From assembly GCA_964187785.1 (NCBI GenBank), contig OZ076410.1, forward strand, positions 22,940,001-23,004,000: a stretch of 64,000 nucleotides of DNA, written 5' to 3'. The notes below the pieces were generated by a model. It saw only the letters and a program-made list of their open reading frames with translations. It had not been told where the DNA came from and searched no databases. This stretch comes from Amphiscolops sp. MND2022 (Eukaryota). Positions 39,701-48,837 of this stretch are shown here, in pieces. The position numbers and the translations under genes were made by a program. The first letter of the stretch is position 1, and each line of letters starts with the position of its first letter.

Positions 39701-42700
39701 TAGGCAATAAATTGTCAACTTCATGCTATGTTCATAGAGCATCCTCGCAAAAACTCAACAATATTGTTGCTGTCGTATGACGTCACTAGTTCTACCAATC
39801 GTTCATTGAGTGCGATATACTTGGCCTTTTTCTTCGTTTTTTCACCACTCAATGACTTGATAACTTTGATTTCGGCCATTTTTTGCTGGTCTTTCAATCT
39901 TGTCAAAAATTGGTATACAGAGGGATGCTTAGCGTCCATAGTAGAGTTGCTAAAAACGCTATTGAAACTTTCTGCACCGTTATTCGTTCTGGGCTCTCCG
40001 GTTCTGAATCGCTTGTGACAGTTCCAGTGGTCAATTGAAAATCATGGATGCTTTCTTTCATTTCTCAACTCGTCCGATGTAATTATCTTCAAAGTAGTCA
40101 AGCACTTGATCAAACTCCTCATCGTCCATACTATTTTCGAGTTCTTTGTAACCCCTCTCAACGTCAAAAGGTGGTAAAAATGCCAAGAAAATTAGCACTT
40201 TGTAATGCTGTCTGAATTTTGAACCTTCAGTGTAACGGATTTTCAAACCGAAATCAGTTATTTTTCAAAACATGCGTTGCCCAAGATGAAAGAAACAATA
40301 ATTAATTGTGCATTGTTCAAAGACTTTTTCTATAGCATTTCAATTGCTACTTCAAAGTCAATTGTTATAGATAAGACTGTAAATGTTTGAAAATGTAGAA
40401 TATTTTAATATAAGTATCTTCCGGTTTATTTGGTAACAATGCATAAACCATCGGGAATAATGTTGATCTAACATATGTGTGAATAATAAATAATTGGTAA
40501 AAAAATGTTGGAGCTACTTTGAAGGTTCCGTCCGCTTGCCAATATAAACTATCATAAAAACTATTTTGAGAGGGATTCTGGTATGACTAGCTCCTTCAAA
40601 GAATTAGCGTTTTTAGGCATAACTTCCAATTCTAGTTTTCTTTTGTTCCTTATAGTTTGGTAAATTGAAGTGTAAGAAGGAATCGCCGATGCAGCATCTT
40701 CGGATAGCTGGGTTTGACATGAAAAGACAACATGTCGGGGCTTTTCAGCGGTAATGATAGATATCTGTTTCACGTCACTCATAAATTTCTTCGCCTCAAT
40801 TTCCTCGCTTTGGGGCAAATGGGCGTGATAAGAATAATTCGTGATATTTTGGTCAAAATCAATGGTAATTGAAGCTTTGCAGTGTGCTTCTTCAACACAG
40901 CGGTAGCGTTTTGTTCCATTTTTGTTCACGGCCCCAAGTCTGTATATAAAGCCTTCATAAACAAGTAATTTATTTTTACCGTGAATACTTTCGATAAATT
41001 CCATGGTGTATAAACAGTGAAAATTATGCGTGTCATAAGGAGAGTGCAAATGTATATAATGGTGAATAATGGAGCTTACATTGTTAGTAATGCATCAATA
41101 ATATATACCAGACACTAGTACCAGTAAGTGTTAATTGAAGTGTTACTTCCTGTCTTTGCTTGGTTTTAATCAGCTCTGAATAATGAAGTCTAAATTATTA
41201 GTAATGCATTATAGGTGCGAACTTTTTGGGTAACGAACTATTTATATGTACAATACTCCTTATATGTGAAATAGGTAATTAGTAAATGAAATCGTTGGAG
41301 TTTTTGCGCTAGAGTAATTTAGTGGCTCAGCTCCAAACAGCAAATCAGCACAGAATTCAATTTCAGCTGATTTGGATTGATTTTTCTCAATATTTTCTCA
41401 CTACAATTAAACTAGGGTTGATCTTTTTGTTGAACCACCGGCATAATTTTTCATAAATTCCAAAGGCATTCATTGTTTTAAAAATTGAATTAAAATTTTT
41501 GCCCAGCAGCTGTTAAATTCGTCGTTTTCAGAGGTTAGTCTACCAGGTGTTGTAACTTCAACAAAAAGAAGAAGAGTTAGATTCCCCAATGCTGCGAATT
41601 GTAAACCGAAAAATCACTTTCAATTTAATTGAAAAACGTGGTCAAAAGAAACTATTCGTTTATTCCTCATCGTACCTGTTAGTCAGTCTTATCATTACAT
41701 CCGGTTTGATGATCCCGAATTCGACACCCCACTTGCTGCTTCCAGCCATGTTGGCTCCATTCCGGGGAGATGACTCATTCAGTCCCGGCATGCGTCCAGA
41801 GTCTGGATCATTGTTGGACGCGGCTGTGAGTTTGGCGGCCAGTTCTCTGGCTGTGAGGGTCGTGTGTGGGGTTTGAACAGAAGGGGCCGAATCTAGAAGA
41901 ACCAACGGACAAGAATGGGTAAGAGCTGTTTGAAAAATTGACCGGAGTCGCTTCTTCAACATTTTTTTCTTTTTACCGAAATGGTTTGTTTTGATAGTTT
42001 CAAAAGTGTCACTGGGAGAGAACATACACAGAAGTAAATTTTCACCAATATCAAATTTCAAACCAATATCACAAGCAATATGGTCACAAGCAAACCAACA
42101 TCCACGATTCTATAGTTTAATTAACAACGTTTCAATTCTTTCTATCACAAAGCATTCACCTTTACTAATTTCAGGGTTGGGTGATTATGATCAAATGATT
42201 ATAATCATTGATTATAATCAACGTGATTAACACTGTATTAATCATGACTAGGAAAACCAACTTTCGGCAACCGCCGAAATGCCGAAAAAGCTCATTTTTT
42301 GCCGAAAATTAACTCAATTATGATATGGATTTGTATGATCCATTTAAACGCGGGATCCAATTAAACTAGTATGCGAGAGGTGTGGAGATTTCAGAACCTG
42401 TACTAATCAGTATTTTTCAAAATGTGCATTGCACTTCCGTCGATATCGAGAGATTTCTCTCCGTTCTGAAAGCGTTCAAAGCGGACCGACCGAACATTCT
42501 ACCAGAAACTGTGCTGAAACTGATGTTTGTTACATACAATGATAATCTGTACGATAACTTCCGAAATTTACAATTTTTACCAAAAATCGGATTTTTCAGC
42601 CGAATTTCTGCCGAAAACAGTTTTTTTGGCCGAAAATTGGTTTTCCTAATCATGACTGATAAAAGTAAGTAAAAATAGGCCAGTTTCTCGACGTGAATGA

Positions 42701-45700
42701 GTTATTTGATCAACGAATCCGCAGTTTCTGACTTTCATTCCGAGCACTATACAGAGGGAATGCGTTCTGCTTTCATCACTTTAGACTTTGTTCATTCAAT
42801 TCGGAGTTGTAACCTCCAAAACTTATTTTGTAATCAAACTTTTCAAATTTTTTTAAAATAATTTTCTGGATGCTGATCAATTTAATCTTGCTAATCATCT
42901 CAATCGGATTAAAATAATTTAATCCGAACAAAAACCAACTCTGGCTGAAATAGGGCATAGAAATTATTGTTCAAAACCGGTAGGTTTTCAATATTCACGA
43001 GACATCACTAAGGAGTGAAAAATTAGATACAAGAAATCATGAACGTTGAAAAAGCGGACCATAACTTCAAGATTAGACGAATTTTAACAATTATTTTTCA
43101 CTGAAAACATTGATTCTGTCTGAATCTAGGTTAGGTTTAACTTTCTATCACAACAACCGAGGTGAATTCATATGCTGTTATTAGTCGGCGCTTCATGGCC
43201 CAAGAAACTGAAATAAATTGTTCCTTTTTTTCAGCGTAACATACAATACCGGGTGAGACAAAAGGGTCCCTCTTTATGTTTTTTCGGCACTGTGAGACTT
43301 TTTTTTGAGTTTTTTCCTCCAAAGGGTCCACCCTTCAATTTTTTAAAATATTTCGCAACAAACAAAATGGACGTTGAAAAATCCTAAAGGGTCCCCCCAG
43401 CGCCAGTTCGGTCAAATTTTTGGGTTTTTCGGGTACTGTCGAAGAGAATACTTGACACTTTGAAGTCCCTGTGCTATTTTTGAGCCTTACGTATGGCGCC
43501 CACTTATGCCGTTCCCGGGTTGTTTTATGTAATAACAATGTACTTAGTCCTTGAGCGTACGTACCATTAGAGAAGTTGCTTTGCTGGTTGTGGGTGTTAT
43601 TGTTGTGTTGTAGGTTCAGACTGGGGGGATTGGGTGCATTCAATTTCTGTCTGTATATCTCTTGGTACTCTCTGCCCATGTGAGATACGTACCCGTCAAA
43701 CTTGTCTTCTCCTGAACGAGAAATTGAACTCAACTATCATTATTATTTGCAAACATTGCCTCCTGTTATCTTCGACAAACTCCAAAAATTAAGTTTGCAT
43801 CTCGCACAATTTTAAAACTGAGTCACACAAACATGCAAGCTGTGCAAAACTACAAGATCTGATATTTCAATTAAAACTTGAATTTCAAAAACAAGCGCAA
43901 AATTCTTCGATCATCGATGTCACAGTAAGAAAGTGCAACAAAGTGAGAAAATTTTTCCCGTAAAATGTTCATTACTTTTTCCTTTGTAAAAGTGAGGTTT
44001 CCAGAAAGATTCAACTGCTCGTTTCAATCGGAAATAATCCCAGTAATAACGCCGATCTTCAAATGAAAAGTTACTATTAATAATCAATTTTGAACCATGA
44101 GGGAAAAAGAATTCGTTAACTCAAATATAATTTCAAGAAAAATGGTTCAAATACACAAACGAATTTGAGTCATTTCAGTTGAAAGTAGGGTTACAACTGG
44201 ATACAAACTTATTGGATACCGCAAAAAGATATTTCAAAAATCTTTCTACTGGATACTAACTGGATAGTTCTTAATACATTTTTATAGTTTCTTTTGCTTT
44301 TATGTACATTTTTTTTCAAAATTAGTTTCTTCAGATCAATGGATAGACGTACTGGCAAAATTTGGATTTTTTTAACGCTTCTATATTTTTGAATCAATTT
44401 TTTGAAGCGTTTCTAAGTAAATATCCGGCCACTTTTCCCTAACCGGATACCGAATGTTCGATAGTTTACCGGATACCGGTACAATTCTAATTGAAACTAG
44501 TCTGTTCCACTAACCGACAACCAATTTGAGTCTCTCTATGCATCTCCAAATAGACCTGGGATCTTCGTTTCCAGGAATTTTGCCGAGAAGTGTCTGAGAG
44601 ATTTCGAAGAGGTCTTCGTTGGCGAATTCGGGAGACATCAAAAGCGGAAGATTGATGATAGACTCTTTCTGAACTTTCTCGTCTTCACTCTGAAGCCCGA
44701 ATTCGAGATAAAGTTGGAGCAGAAACCCGACGTTCATTGAATTCTTCATGTAAGTGTGAAGAGTTTGGACCACGTCTTTGCGGACTTCAACCTACAAAAA
44801 ACAAATATTTTTTTGCTATGAATACAAACAAAAAATAGTTATACAAGCTGCTAATGAATGGTAACAATAAAACATTTCTTCTCTGAAGTTTTGGTCATTA
44901 TGAAACACTTGAATTCCAAAAGACCTAAAATCGGAGACTGTAATGAAATAGGCTCAATCTTTTTTAAAAAGATTTCGGCTGGTATGAGAATTTTTGGTTT
45001 AAACGGTGATGGTTTTGGATACTTTCTGAAGTTGATGGTCTCCTGAAATGTGAACTATGCAGTGTGTTCTGAGCGACCGTAATTAGGTAAAATTTTAACT
45101 AGGTAACATGACAAACATCTGAACATTTTAAGACAAAAATCATGAGATTTTTGTGATTTTCATTTTTCATTTTCTACCTCGGTAGTGTTGAATGGATGTG
45201 ATAATTTCGCCCCCCCCTCTAGAAATTTCAAGAGACGCCGCGTTAGCCTGGCATAAATAAATTGCTCCCTTGGTGCTAACTTTAATATAAGCGTTGGAAT
45301 GCTATCTCAAAAACTTATTCGTTTAGCTGCTTAATTCGACAGCCAGACAAAAGCTGGAACCTTGATTTACTAATTGCTATTGCCCGTAAACAAAACCGCA
45401 CTCGCAAACTGAAAATTCGAACAATTACACGAATTCACACATTCATGTGGTTCTCTAAGTGATTCAGAAACAAAATGCATTGGAAGTAGATGGTAAAATT
45501 CCCAAGGTGCAAGACAAAGTAAACGCACCTTATTATCACCAATATTCTCAATCAGTTGAGGCAACATGGGTGCATAGAGATCGTCGAGATCATCTCCGAA
45601 CTTGGGAATCATATCTCTCAGTACTTCGATTGTGAGGTGCCGAATCTTCCAACTCGTGTCTTCCAAGCTCAGTGATAAACCTTTGAATATGGACTCTTTG

Positions 45701-45843
45701 TCTTTGAACTTCAGAGCTCCGTTGTTGCGTTTGAGATGTTCGCGTAGAAATTCTATGCCCTCAATGCGTGAACTTGAAGTCTTTTCACTGAGACGAGTCA
45801 CTATAAGTTGATGTTCTACATCTGGGTCTTGAATAAACTCCAT
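537..45843 (-). CDS. TOGARAM1: TOG array regulator of axonemal microtubules 1 (Crescerin1/FAM179B-like), multi-exon, 3' end outside the window
   Basis: 24 exons with matching phases. Recognisable blocks: TOG1 (MEFIQDPD...ENIGDNK), TOG2 (VEFGII...HRNSRVREETINV...DPKRRVRQAALEVFAVLA), linker motifs (GADVDWIL, SSAGKKLPW, SVRNSAAKKKA), TOG3 (EVKNLRSQVAREA, GESSGFIRDDVEKAL, RFYGKKML) and TOG4 (GDFRDRENAI, IFDEFIHRLTDSNSKVNLLAL). These match my recollection of vertebrate TOGARAM1. Confidence 0.93.
1547..1694 (-). CDS. TOGARAM1: TOGARAM1 exon 23 (TOG4 start)
   Basis: ttctgtacag|RVTDDDKESVRSICSNLKSGDFRDRENAI...GQINA|GTGAGT. Confidence 0.9.
3036..3182 (-). CDS. TOGARAM1: TOGARAM1 exon 22 (TOG3-TOG4 linker)
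   Basis: tttgttcacag|LDSSALDDQMNG...NKPAS AG|GTAACC; phase 2 to 2. Confidence 0.78.
3458..3685 (-). CDS. TOGARAM1: TOGARAM1 exon 21
   Basis: ttttttgctcag|RFYGKKMLWLLMQED...GGSI AG|GTTGGC. Confidence 0.9.
5706..5867 (-). CDS. TOGARAM1: TOGARAM1 exon 20
   Basis: ttttgttgcag|HKSKEVRKTASYIL...FALDSAPEA AG|GTCAGT. Confidence 0.9.
6361..6506 (-). CDS. TOGARAM1: TOGARAM1 exon 19
   Basis: tttttatttag|DLELTVGCLLTKTGESSGFIRDDVEKALTTMAEKTTPARSIAALAQSS GC|GTAAGC. Confidence 0.92.
6544..6900. mobile_element. Foldback/Mutator-like MITE
   Basis: TIRs GGATGCGGTACAAAACAGCCGATT and revcomp GGAGCGGGACAAAACAGCCGATT; 10-bp direct repeat AAGCGTTCTT at 6534-6543 and 6901-6910; internal AAAACAGCCGATT repeats. 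Confidence 0.75.
7476..7931 (+). repeat. Dispersed repeat with 5' AAACAAG, subterminal inverted repeat and 3' hairpin (Helentron/HINE-like)
   Basis: Homologous to the inverted copy at 43183-43525; AGTCGGCGC near the 5' end and (A/G)CGCCGACT at the 3' end; internal GTGCCGAAAA and GGGGACCCTT motifs. Confidence 0.65.
8049..8241 (-). CDS. TOGARAM1: TOGARAM1 exon 18
   Basis: tgttgtcag|WGSKCEGIALL...EVKNLRSQVAREAIKL...KRMDM|GTCAGT. Confidence 0.92.
8780..8917 (-). CDS. TOGARAM1: TOGARAM1 exon 17 (TOG3 start)
   Basis: tgttgtttcag|PNNKQ...LRSTPDVELKRAMNLIQNQD TG|GTTGGA. Confidence 0.85.
10742..11010 (+). repeat. Dispersed repeat built from hairpin subunits of about 44-52 bp (copy 1 of 3)
   Basis: Similar copies at 36301-36552 and 47478-47745; subunit GGCGAACGA-N11-TCGTTCGCTTCATCTCAAT. 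Confidence 0.8.
12042..12225 (-). CDS. TOGARAM1: TOGARAM1 exon 16
   Basis: cttgtttcag|AWVEPTLDARTS...PKHKSS TT|GTGAGT; phase 1 to 2. Confidence 0.78.
13225..13479 (-). CDS. TOGARAM1: TOGARAM1 exon 15
   Basis: atgcttcag|DKYESAKYSS...KIDDLKEKKRMREKEEQK...RGEE G|GTTGGT. Confidence 0.78.
14244..14287 (-). CDS. TOGARAM1: TOGARAM1 exon 14 (44 nt)
   Basis: tttttcag|G YTAVRKSFNAQSYK G|GTGCGT; supplies the phase 2 to 1 bridge. Confidence 0.65.
15761..15920 (-). CDS. TOGARAM1: TOGARAM1 exon 13
   Basis: actgtcacag|ATSTLPPNGLN...QQKVE AT|GTGAGC; phase 1 to 2. Confidence 0.75.
16482..16614 (-). CDS. TOGARAM1: TOGARAM1 exon 12
   Basis: tttgtttgcag|KALCSVRNSAAKKKAEK...ANP G|GTACCA; conserved RNSAAKK motif. 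Confidence 0.82.
17887..17958 (-). pseudogene. tRNA-Glu(TTC)-derived sequence (SINE head or pseudogene)
   Basis: GGACTAGTGGTAGGATACTTGCTTTTCAACCCAGAGG resembles the tRNA-Glu D-arm and anticodon arm; B-box and acceptor stem are degenerate. Confidence 0.45.
18073..18402. repeat. Near-perfect tandem duplication (164 and 163 bp units)
   Basis: Unit CATGTACCGGGGACAC...CCTCCTTGG occurs twice; the only difference seen is one extra A. Confidence 0.92.
20954..21834 (+). pseudogene. JmjC-domain (Fe(II)/2-oxoglutarate oxygenase) gene remnant inside the BEL/Pao element, antisense to pol
   Basis: LYFSTGCAFTGWHFDGSP (H 21391, D 21397), reconstructed VMSQIQQGEK*WWLA, and YKQTPGVTVYIPWGFSHQVWSLN (H 21613); ORFs 21070-21444 and 21514-21834 share one frame. 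Confidence 0.85.
22760..22995. mobile_element. Foldback MITE inserted in the BEL integrase
   Basis: Inverted arrays of GGACGTTTCGGCAAAA; flanked by ATG/ATG (22757-22759, 22996-22998); removing it restores the frame KGTAWL-IISPRAPH. Confidence 0.8.
27135..27361 (-). CDS. TOGARAM1: TOGARAM1 exon 11 (linker)
   Basis: gtgttgtag|ARDSPSRR...TKPQLARSATSRD...DLPIDE|GTTCGT; an in-frame acceptor slightly upstream (atgtcag) is also possible. Confidence 0.75.
28414..28651 (+). repeat. Short member of the same AAACAAGCC family; a related 5' end starts at 17318
   Basis: AAACAAGCCGGGAACGGCCCAACTCGGCGC... shares about 120 nt with the copy starting at 17318; ends in hairpin AGTCGTGCATTTTCTTCGAAAACGCCGACT. 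Confidence 0.6.
31018..31143 (-). CDS. TOGARAM1: TOGARAM1 exon 10 (linker)
   Basis: ttttttgaag|DLLLLEEASMSSCWSASLDFSLPWKSL...APV G|GTAAGC; SLDFSLPWKSL recalls the vertebrate SVNFSNSWPLKSF motif. Confidence 0.7.
31948..32031 (-). CDS. TOGARAM1: TOGARAM1 exon 9 (linker)
   Basis: tgttgacag|SEELQSSNLSSGYISMRNTARPHSDTS G|GTTAGA; GC-richer island, phase 1 to 1. Confidence 0.6.
35375..35435 (-). CDS. TOGARAM1: TOGARAM1 exon 8 (linker, 61 nt)
   Basis: ttttcatttcag|KPLIPPSKNRNTFGSRAKAY A|GTTAGT; supplies the needed phase 0 to 1 bridge. Confidence 0.62.
36301..36552 (+). repeat. Hairpin-subunit repeat, copy 2
   Basis: Aligns with 10742-11010; both end TTTTCAGTAG. Confidence 0.8.
36768..36982 (-). 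CDS. TOGARAM1: TOGARAM1 exon 7
   Basis: tttccag|GDSGIGS...RRAVVLSSAGKKLPW...NGFK|GTATGT; phase 1 to 0. Confidence 0.85.
37914..38134 (-). CDS. TOGARAM1: TOGARAM1 exon 6
   Basis: tttcag|RQLPMIKENGMVDYA...GADVDWILKASG...NLP G|GTATAA. Confidence 0.88.
38634..39272 (-). CDS. TOGARAM1: TOGARAM1 exon 5 (TOG2 core)
   Basis: tttttcacag|REDWQLRLHGIEDL...HRNSRVREE...KRRVRQAALEVFA...KARVA AG|GTTTGT; 639 nt. Confidence 0.93.
39516..41257 (-). mobile_element. Decayed Mutator-like (MULE) transposon with FLYWCH domain and DDE transposase
   Basis: FLYWCH (LVYEGFIY...YRC...C...HAH), WQADGTFKVAP, IDFE, CFFHLGQ, DYFEDNYIG, RTNNGAESFN; AAAAGTTCGC subterminal repeats in inverted orientation at the two ends; left terminus and TSD not resolved. 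Confidence 0.88.
41676..41892 (-). CDS. TOGARAM1: TOGARAM1 exon 4
   Basis: ttcttctag|DSAPSVQ...WGVEFGIIKPDVMIRLTN AG|GTACGA; phase 1 to 2. Confidence 0.85.
42239..42658 (+). mobile_element. Internally deleted hAT-type element (Ds-like)
   Basis: Imperfect TIRs of about 30 bp (ATCATGAC/TTAGGAAAACCAA.TTTCGGC); residual C-terminal peptide HCTSVDIERFLSVLKAF; no TSD found. Confidence 0.65.
43183..43525 (-). repeat. AAACAAGCC-family repeat, inverted copy
   Basis: Reverse complement aligns with 7476-7931. Confidence 0.65.
43565..43711 (-). CDS. TOGARAM1: TOGARAM1 exon 3
   Basis: ctcgttcag|GEDKFDGYVSHMGREYQEIY...NFSN G|GTACGT; phase 1 to 1. Confidence 0.82.
44515..44791 (-). CDS. TOGARAM1: TOGARAM1 exon 2
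   Basis: tttttgtag|VEVRKDVVQTLHTYMK...RLKLVV G|GTTAGT; phase 0 to 1. Confidence 0.88.
45529..45843 (-). CDS. TOGARAM1: TOGARAM1 exon 1 (TOG1 start, 105 codons)
   Basis: ATG at 45843; ends DNK|GTGCGT, phase 0. Confidence 0.88.
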
Positions 45844-46911
45844 TTTTAAAAAGATAACAGCTTTTAAAGGTCAGCAGTATCAATGGTTTCAAAAATAACA
45901 GAATAATGATACAACTGAAAAATACTAGAGGTAAAAATTTCAGTACCTGGACAATACAGCGGCCAGGGCAATCACGTGATTTCCTAGCCCCTTACTACCA
46001 ACACCTTCTTTCGGGGGCTGAAACTAGGTTTATATAAATAAAAAAAGCTACAGGCCACAACCAGTGTACGCATGACTATGTCTGAAACAAGAACCGAAGG
46101 TAACAGTCTTTTATATAATATCTGCAGAAATAATTTGATAGTAAGTCAAATTAAGCAGCACAAAAGCAGTCTGGGATTTCATTTGAAAACATAAACGGCG
46201 TCATTGGATATGAGGGATAAATGTGAAAGCGAATAACCAATATAAAGATGGCGGTGCCTGCTCAAGCTTTCTAATCTATTGAAAAGGTTTGAGCGCTGAC
46301 AAAATTTATTGCCATTGAGCTAAAGCAAAATCAGATATGAATGCACGCTAGCAGTCTCAAACCACAAATTTTGAACGTGCATTAATCAGCGTTGCTTTTC
46401 TGCTGTCAAAATTAGTTCATCGTGTGGCTATATAAAACGTTTTTTCATGAGCTTGCTGAAGCAATATTGAGATGTAATGCGATTAAATCGCTAAAAATGA
46501 AAATATATATCTCAGCAGCAAACGGATAAAAAGCACCACCAGTCAATAACATTGAGTCGTCCAATGAAAAGAGCCATGTCTCAATCTAAACGGATTGCTT
46601 TGGAAAAAATCAGGAACTCTAATTTTGAGCGTAAAATCATTCTGCAAGGTCCCGTCCTATGGCGTCACCTTTTCTTTGGAATTCGGACCTTATAGAGCTA
46701 GCATTTTCCAACAGCTAGCTTCCAAATGAATCTCACAAAGTATTATAACAATTTTCATAAGAATCTTAATTTCTAAGGAGCAAAACCTTAAAATCTTGGA
46801 GTATGAGCTGTGTCTGGTAAAACATATACATGGGAAAATAAGCCCCTGCGGGGCACACTATCTTTTCTGCTTTTAGGCTTTCATCTTCAATAATAGAAGC
46901 ATAGGTGACTT

Positions 46912-47297
46912 CCCATAGCTCCGAATATCCATAGCTCCGAAAACAAAATCGAGTGCCATAACTCCGAAAATTTATTTTAGTTGATAAAATAAGCAAATCA
47001 AGCAAAGATTGAAAATTCAAATGGTGCTCTCGTTCCGGTCCGCCCCACGTTTTGAAAATCCTGGACCGCCCCTGAAATTATTAAAATGAATGCTTTGAGG
47101 GTTGTTAATTCTAAGCCAGGTAAAATCGTTAATTTCGATATAAAACACCAATATCGACGTTGTAATTGAATTCAAATAAATGAAGTAAATTCAGTTTTAA
47201 TTTCGGAGCTGTACACGTGGCACTAGATTTTAATTTCGGAGCTATGGCACTGTGTTTTAATTTCGGAGCTATGGCACTGAATTTCAAATTCGGAGGT
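46912..47297. repeat. Inverted arrays of CATAGCTCCGAA / TTCGGAGCTATG (foldback-like)
   Basis: Three copies at 46912-46970 and four reverse-complement copies at 47201-47297. Confidence 0.6.
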
Positions 47298-47477
47298 ATG
47301 AATAGTCACCAGAAGCATATAATAATCCTTCGTTTTTGTTACAGGGATATGTTATTGGCGACCAGAGATTGCAGAAAACGGAAAAGCGCCTCGTCTATCC
47401 TCAGCTCCTGGAAACCGCAGACTAGAACATCACGCCCATCACTTTGAAGACTTATATGTCAATCACTCCTCATTGAA

Positions 47478-47745
47478 TACTAAGCGTAGACGAAGTTCCG
47501 CATTCGCATTTGAATGCAGGCGAAGCTCTCGGCGAACGAATAATTAACACCCGTTCGCTTCATCTCAATAACTCGGCGTACGAAAGCATAATTACGAACA
47601 TTTGCTCGCTTCGTCTAAATGAGTTCGGCGTACGAATGCATAATTACCGCTGGCTCGTTCCATCGCACGAGAAAAGAATTGTTGTCGGCAGCTTGAGAAA
47701 TTTAAATATCACGCTTATACTCACTGCCGAAGAAAATAATATTCA
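47478..47745 (+). repeat. Hairpin-subunit repeat, copy 3
   Basis: Aligns with 10742-11010. Confidence 0.8.
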
Positions 47746-48324
47746 ATAATAATTCCTGCTATCGCAGAAATAATAAATATAGAAAAACCGCGTATAAAGG
47801 ATCCCCATATTAGAAGTTTACCTATTATTCCTCCATTTATTTTCGGGATAAAACGTTCAAAAATTTCCCAAAGTAAACCTATCAATTTTATTTTGAGCAT
47901 TTACCCAATACCCTACGAGACATCAACGCGTATAGTCCTCTCATAAATGGTGACCCATATACAGCAAACAAAGTATGTGAGTTAGTACTAGGAAATTCTT
48001 TCAACTTAGCTGACTATGCTCGGAAAATGTGGCGTGGCGCAATCCGAAGAAGACAGCCAGGGATGCGCAATCAATTATTGCAATAAAATGATTGCAACAA
48101 TAAATTGATTGTGAAATTTACAGTTATTGCACTATTGAAAAGTGACTAAATTTCTGGAGAAAAGACGGAAACTCGATAAGTTCATATTTGGATTTACGCT
48201 TCATAACACCCACATCTAACATCTTGGAAATTTTTTAGTGCTGTCGGACTTGCATCAAATGAGCTGAGACAGCGTTTATTGCCAATTAATCTCGAGGAAC
48301 AAAATGTCGTGGGGGAAAACACTA

Positions 48325-48372
48325 CTTGCAGTATTATATACTTGCAGTATTATATACTTGCAGTATTATATA
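48325..48372. repeat. 16-bp minisatellite, 3 copies
   Basis: (CTTGCAGTATTATATA)x3. Confidence 0.9.
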
Positions 48373-48527
48373 CCTAATTATTGTGATAAACTTATTAAAT
48401 AGGGAAACCTGTTTAATAAGTCAACTTCAGATTCAATGATATAATACCTGGATCACTGGAACATCACTGGGCACTGGACAATTGAACTGGACCCTTGCTC
48501 TGTGACGGTCGAGACCAGGAAACCATC

Positions 48528-48787
48528 GGGTGAACGGAAATGGGTCGAAAGAAATGGGTCGAATCGGCCTCCTGTGCCATGGGTCGAATCTTCACCGTTT
48601 CGGAATTGGGTCGAATGGACTTGGGTCGACCTTGAAAAATGTCAAGTTCTAGGGAGACAACATATTGATTTCGACCCAATTCCATTCGATCCAATTCGAC
48701 CTCAGTCAATTCGACCTAAGTTATTCGACCAAAAGGGTCGACCTAATTCTTTTCGACCTATTTCATTCGACCCATTTCATGCAATCC
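48528..48787. mobile_element. Mutator/foldback-like MITE
   Basis: Inverted GGGTCGAA arrays; 9-bp TSD GAAACCATC at 48519-48527 and 48788-48796; GG termini. Confidence 0.82.
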
Positions 48788-48837
48788 GAAACCATCAATC
48801 GGCAAACTGTTAGTTCGTTCCATTTACCATTTACCCT

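Noticed and set aside
45955-45985. RFX X-box upstream of a ciliary gene (ATTGCCCTGGCCGC next to ATCACGTGAT)
   Set aside because: Only one half-site fits GTYNCC-AT-GGNAAC and the transcription start is unknown.
47510-47749. Paralogous small-protein family (ORFs at 10675-10878, 36271-36474, 47510-47749)
   Set aside because: The ORFs arise in different frames and strands of the same non-coding repeat.
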